Below are positions 17,872 through 20,000 of a stretch of DNA of 20,000 bases, in pieces. Source of the DNA: an uncultured virus (IMG/VR IMGVR_UViG_3300030388_001635) (Duplodnaviria > Heunggongvirae > Uroviricota > Caudoviricetes > Crassvirales); the IMG/VR virus record IMGVR_UViG_3300030388_001635. The stretch is one strand, 5' to 3'. Numbering within the stretch: the stretch's first letter is position 1; each line of letters starts with the position of its first letter. A model generated the notes under the pieces. That model saw only the letters and a program-made list of their open reading frames with translations, made no database searches and was not told the origin of the DNA. A program made the translations under genes and the position numbers.

Positions 17872-17879
17872 CAAAGATA
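17872..17879 (-). promoter_or_regulatory. Bacteroidota-type -7 promoter element TATCTTTG
   Basis: Plus CAAAGATA, intergenic, 38 nt before the ATG at 17833. Confidence 0.7.
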
Positions 17880-17902
17880 AGAAAAAATAAATTAGAAATA
17901 AT

Positions 17903-18388
17903 CTAACAGCTAGTCAAAGCTGAAGTCCATGAAGACCCGTTCCAACGTCTTGCGGATATGCCATTAGAATACCAACCACCACTAGCGTTTAAAGTACCTG
18001 CGGAGTTAGCGTAAAGATTTGTTTGAGACATAAAATTAGCGAAAGTTCCCGAAGTATATACTGTTGTATTAAATCCTTCTTGTTCACATACAGAACTAGC
18101 ACTTGCACCTCTACCACCGTCATATTTAACATTTATAGCTACTATTGATGAAGCATCTTTATCATATTCATAAAATGAATCAACTGTTACCGGTGTTGTG
18201 TTAGGGGGGAATGATGGACTTGATGTATTAATAGCGGGATAACTTTGTCCTGAACCAAATGAATTACCACCTGCGACTAAATCTCTTATTGATATAGCTC
18301 CTGTTATATTTCCTGACCCCCATGTACCATAAGCACATTCTCTAGCCATATTTTGAAAATCTAAAGCTCCTGAAGCAGGTATTGCCAT
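17903..18388 (-). CDS. Putative tail-fibre tip adhesin / fibre-associated protein, 161 aa
   Basis: Coupled (TAATG) to the S74 fibre. N-terminal MAIPASGAL...DSFYEYD module of the kind seen downstream of S74 fibres; G/S- and aromatic-rich C-terminal domain. Confidence 0.6.
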   Translation of the reverse strand: MAIPASGALDFQNMARECAYGTWGSGNITGAISIRDLVAGGNSFGSGQSYPAINTSSPSFPPNTTPVTVDSFYEYDKDASSIVAINVKYDGGRGASASSVCEQEGFNTTVYTSGTFANFMSQTNLYANSAGTLNASGGWYSNGISARRWNGSSWTSALTSC

Positions 18389-20000
18389 TATTTATTTTTT
18401 AATAAATCAACCTCAGCTTTAAGCTCTTTAATTGACTCAATTAATAAAGGTACTAATTTAGCATAATCTACTGTTAAATATTCTACACCATCTGCTTCTT
18501 CATTATAAGATATAGGTGCTATTTCTACAACTTCAGGCATTATTTTTTGAATTTCCTGAGCATTAACACCAACTTGTCTTTCGTAATTCTCATAACCTAA
18601 TTCTGCAGCTTTCTCATTTTGCTCGTAATAATAACCACCAATCTGACAAACTTTATCTAAGGCATTTGGAATAGCTCCTTTAAAATCTTTTAATCTTTCA
18701 TCAGAATAATAAGCTATTATATTACCTGTACATCTTATGGTATTACTTGCTGCAGCAGACGTTCCTACTGAAAGACCATGTCCACTTGCTACATAAAAAT
18801 GTGCACCGTCAGCAGAAATTGCGCCTTCCCCTATAGTTAGAGTACCATCACCGGCAAATCCTACAATTTTTGTACCAACATCTTCTTGACCACTATTTAA
18901 TTCGAAAAAATCACCTGAACTATCTAAAGCCATTTCATATAACCCACTAAATACAAGAGAATTACCTGATGAATTAGTTGATAAACCGGAACTACTGTCT
19001 AAACTACTAGAGCCACTCCATAGAGCTATTCTATTGTTTGAACCTGAACCTGTTACAGTTCCTGTGTTTGTTGTATAACCTGCTCCGTTAGTAAGTTGAT
19101 TGTTATTAGTTATATTATTTGCATTAGTTGCTCCTGTGTAACCTAAGTTAGCTAATGTCAATGTTCTAGTAGTAAAAGCAGTTATAACACCCTGTGTTAA
19201 AGCTACAGTAGATAGAACTGCTGCACCTGCACTAATACCAATATTAGTTGATGTTCCTATAGTAGTGTTTCCTGAACTAGTAACGTAACCTGCTCCGTTT
19301 GATAACTGATTATTGTTAGTAATAGTACAATTTAATGTAACAGTACCTGATGTACCACCACCACTCATATTTGTCCCTGCAGTAACGCCTGTAATATCAC
19401 CTACACTTGTAGTATAACCTGCTCCATTTGTAAGTTGGTTGTTGTTTGATATACCATTAGTTATTGTAACTGTATTGGCAGAACGAGATGTAGTTATATT
19501 TGTTCCTCCTGCAATATCAACTGTTTCAGCATTATCAACCACCGCAGTTCCACCACTATCAGCTGTAATTTTCCAACTTGACATTGAACCTCCTGAAGAT
19601 GTAACGTATCCTGCACCATTTGAAAGTTGGTTGTTATTTGATATAACCGGCACAGTACAGTTTAATGTAACCGTACCACTTGTTCCTCCGCCTGACATGC
19701 CTGTTCCTGCTGTTACTCCTGTAATGTCTCCTACGTTAGTTGTATATCCTGAATTATTAGTCCATTGTGATATGTTACCTCCTTTATTAGTAAAAGTTTG
19801 AGTATTACTAGCTGTAGTAGTACCTGTATTGGTTGTATAGCCCGCACCATTTGTTATTTGGACATTGTTAATTGCAAAACTAACGTTAGATAGTCCGCTT
19901 CTGTTTAATGTTAATGTTCCACTTGTTACGTTACCACCTGTTACAAAATTATTAGAACCTTCTGAAGTAACATAACCTGCACCATTTGTAAGTTGATTAT
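18388..20000 (-). CDS. Tail fibre protein with C-terminal Peptidase_S74 intramolecular chaperone; 5' end beyond the window (>537 aa)
   Basis: The frame of the 436-aa ORF stays open to 20000 (NQLTNGAGYVTSEGSNNFVTGG...), so the ATG at 19698 is internal. C-terminus has SDERLK, GVNAQE and VDYAKLVPLLIESIKELKAEV, the S74 signature (Ser codon 18703-18705). Confidence 0.9.
   Translation of the reverse strand, partial: NQLTNGAGYVTSEGSNNFVTGGNVTSGTLTLNRSGLSNVSFAINNVQITNGAGYTTNTGTTTASNTQTFTNKGGNISQWTNNSGYTTNVGDITGVTAGTGMSGGGTSGTVTLNCTVPVISNNNQLSNGAGYVTSSGGSMSSWKITADSGGTAVVDNAETVDIAGGTNITTSRSANTVTITNGISNNNQLTNGAGYTTSVGDITGVTAGTNMSGGGTSGTVTLNCTITNNNQLSNGAGYVTSSGNTTIGTSTNIGISAGAAVLSTVALTQGVITAFTTRTLTLANLGYTGATNANNITNNNQLTNGAGYTTNTGTVTGSGSNNRIALWSGSSSLDSSSGLSTNSSGNSLVFSGLYEMALDSSGDFFELNSGQEDVGTKIVGFAGDGTLTIGEGAISADGAHFYVASGHGLSVGTSAAASNTIRCTGNIIAYYSDERLKDFKGAIPNALDKVCQIGGYYYEQNEKAAELGYENYERQVGVNAQEIQKIMPEVVEIAPISYNEEADGVEYLTVDYAKLVPLLIESIKELKAEVDLLKNK
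19065..20000 (-). repeat. Interspersed NNNQL[TS]NGAGY[TV]T repeats (7 copies incl. variants) and two VGDITGVTAGTxMSGGGTSGTVTLNCT copies
   Basis: Read in translation near 19070-19110, 19280-19320, 19408-19450, 19600-19640, 19740-19775 (variant NISQWTNNSGYTT), 19830-19870 (NNVQITNGAGYTT) and 19965-20000. 27-aa copies at 19324-19404 and 19654-19734. Confidence 0.88.

Larger units (their letters stand above)
1..20000 (-). mobile_element. Bacteriophage genome segment: head/tail morphogenesis module of a crAss-like (Crassvirales-related) phage, probable Bacteroidota host
   Basis: Co-oriented, tightly packed TerL (747 aa), portal (811 aa), acidic scaffold-like protein, MCP (484 aa), ~250-aa protein, ring proteins and a large stabilisation protein match crAss-like synteny and sizes. 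TAnnTTTG promoters present, no obvious Shine-Dalgarno use. No host genes or integrase in the window. Confidence 0.9.

Noticed and set aside
7820..17905. Stop-codon reassignment (TAG/TGA) as in some Crassvirales
   Set aside because: Long genes are intact under code 11. TAG (7820, 17903) and TGA (13911) sit at natural gene ends; read-through of the TAGs adds only a few residues before TAA.
19696..19698. ATG at 19698 as the tail fibre start
   Set aside because: The frame is open to the window edge and this Met lies inside a repeated module.
2091..19801. All plus-strand ORFs in the track (61-120 aa)
   Set aside because: They lie antisense to long, motif-bearing minus-strand genes, mostly have non-ATG starts and show shadow-ORF composition.
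1..20000. CRISPR array, tRNA or structured ncRNA
   Set aside because: Intergenic gaps are all under about 70 nt and explained by promoters and terminators; the longer repeats are in-frame coding repeats.

Overview
The whole 20 kb window (AT-rich, roughly 30% GC by eye) is the virion morphogenesis module of a dsDNA phage with a crAss-like (Crassvirales-related, podovirus-type) gene set, most likely infecting Bacteroidota/Flavobacteriia. All real genes are on the minus strand. In transcription order (right to left): a repeat-rich tail fibre with a C-terminal Peptidase_S74 autocleaving chaperone (5' end beyond the window), a 161-aa putative fibre-tip adhesin, an 89-aa coiled-coil protein, a 944-aa repeat fibre/spike, a 75-aa hypothetical, a tandem two-domain GroES-like co-chaperonin, a putative small terminase, TerL, portal, scaffold-like protein, major capsid protein, a 248-aa protein, two tail ring/tubular-like proteins and a >1262-aa tail stabilisation/muzzle protein. 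That last gene starts at 3788, runs off the left edge and is missing from the ORF track. Four exact Bacteroidota TAnnTTTG promoter boxes and two intrinsic terminators are visible. Most notable points: TerL has no ATG for its first 55 codons and overlaps the putative TerS in the +1 frame (TTG start, or recoding/fusion); the Cpn20-like double GroES beside the terminase; a 699-nt higher-order A-B-A-B repeat in the 944-aa fibre; a protein-conserved but codon-scrambled repeat in the S74 fibre. Family assignments come from motif and synteny recognition only; no searches were run.
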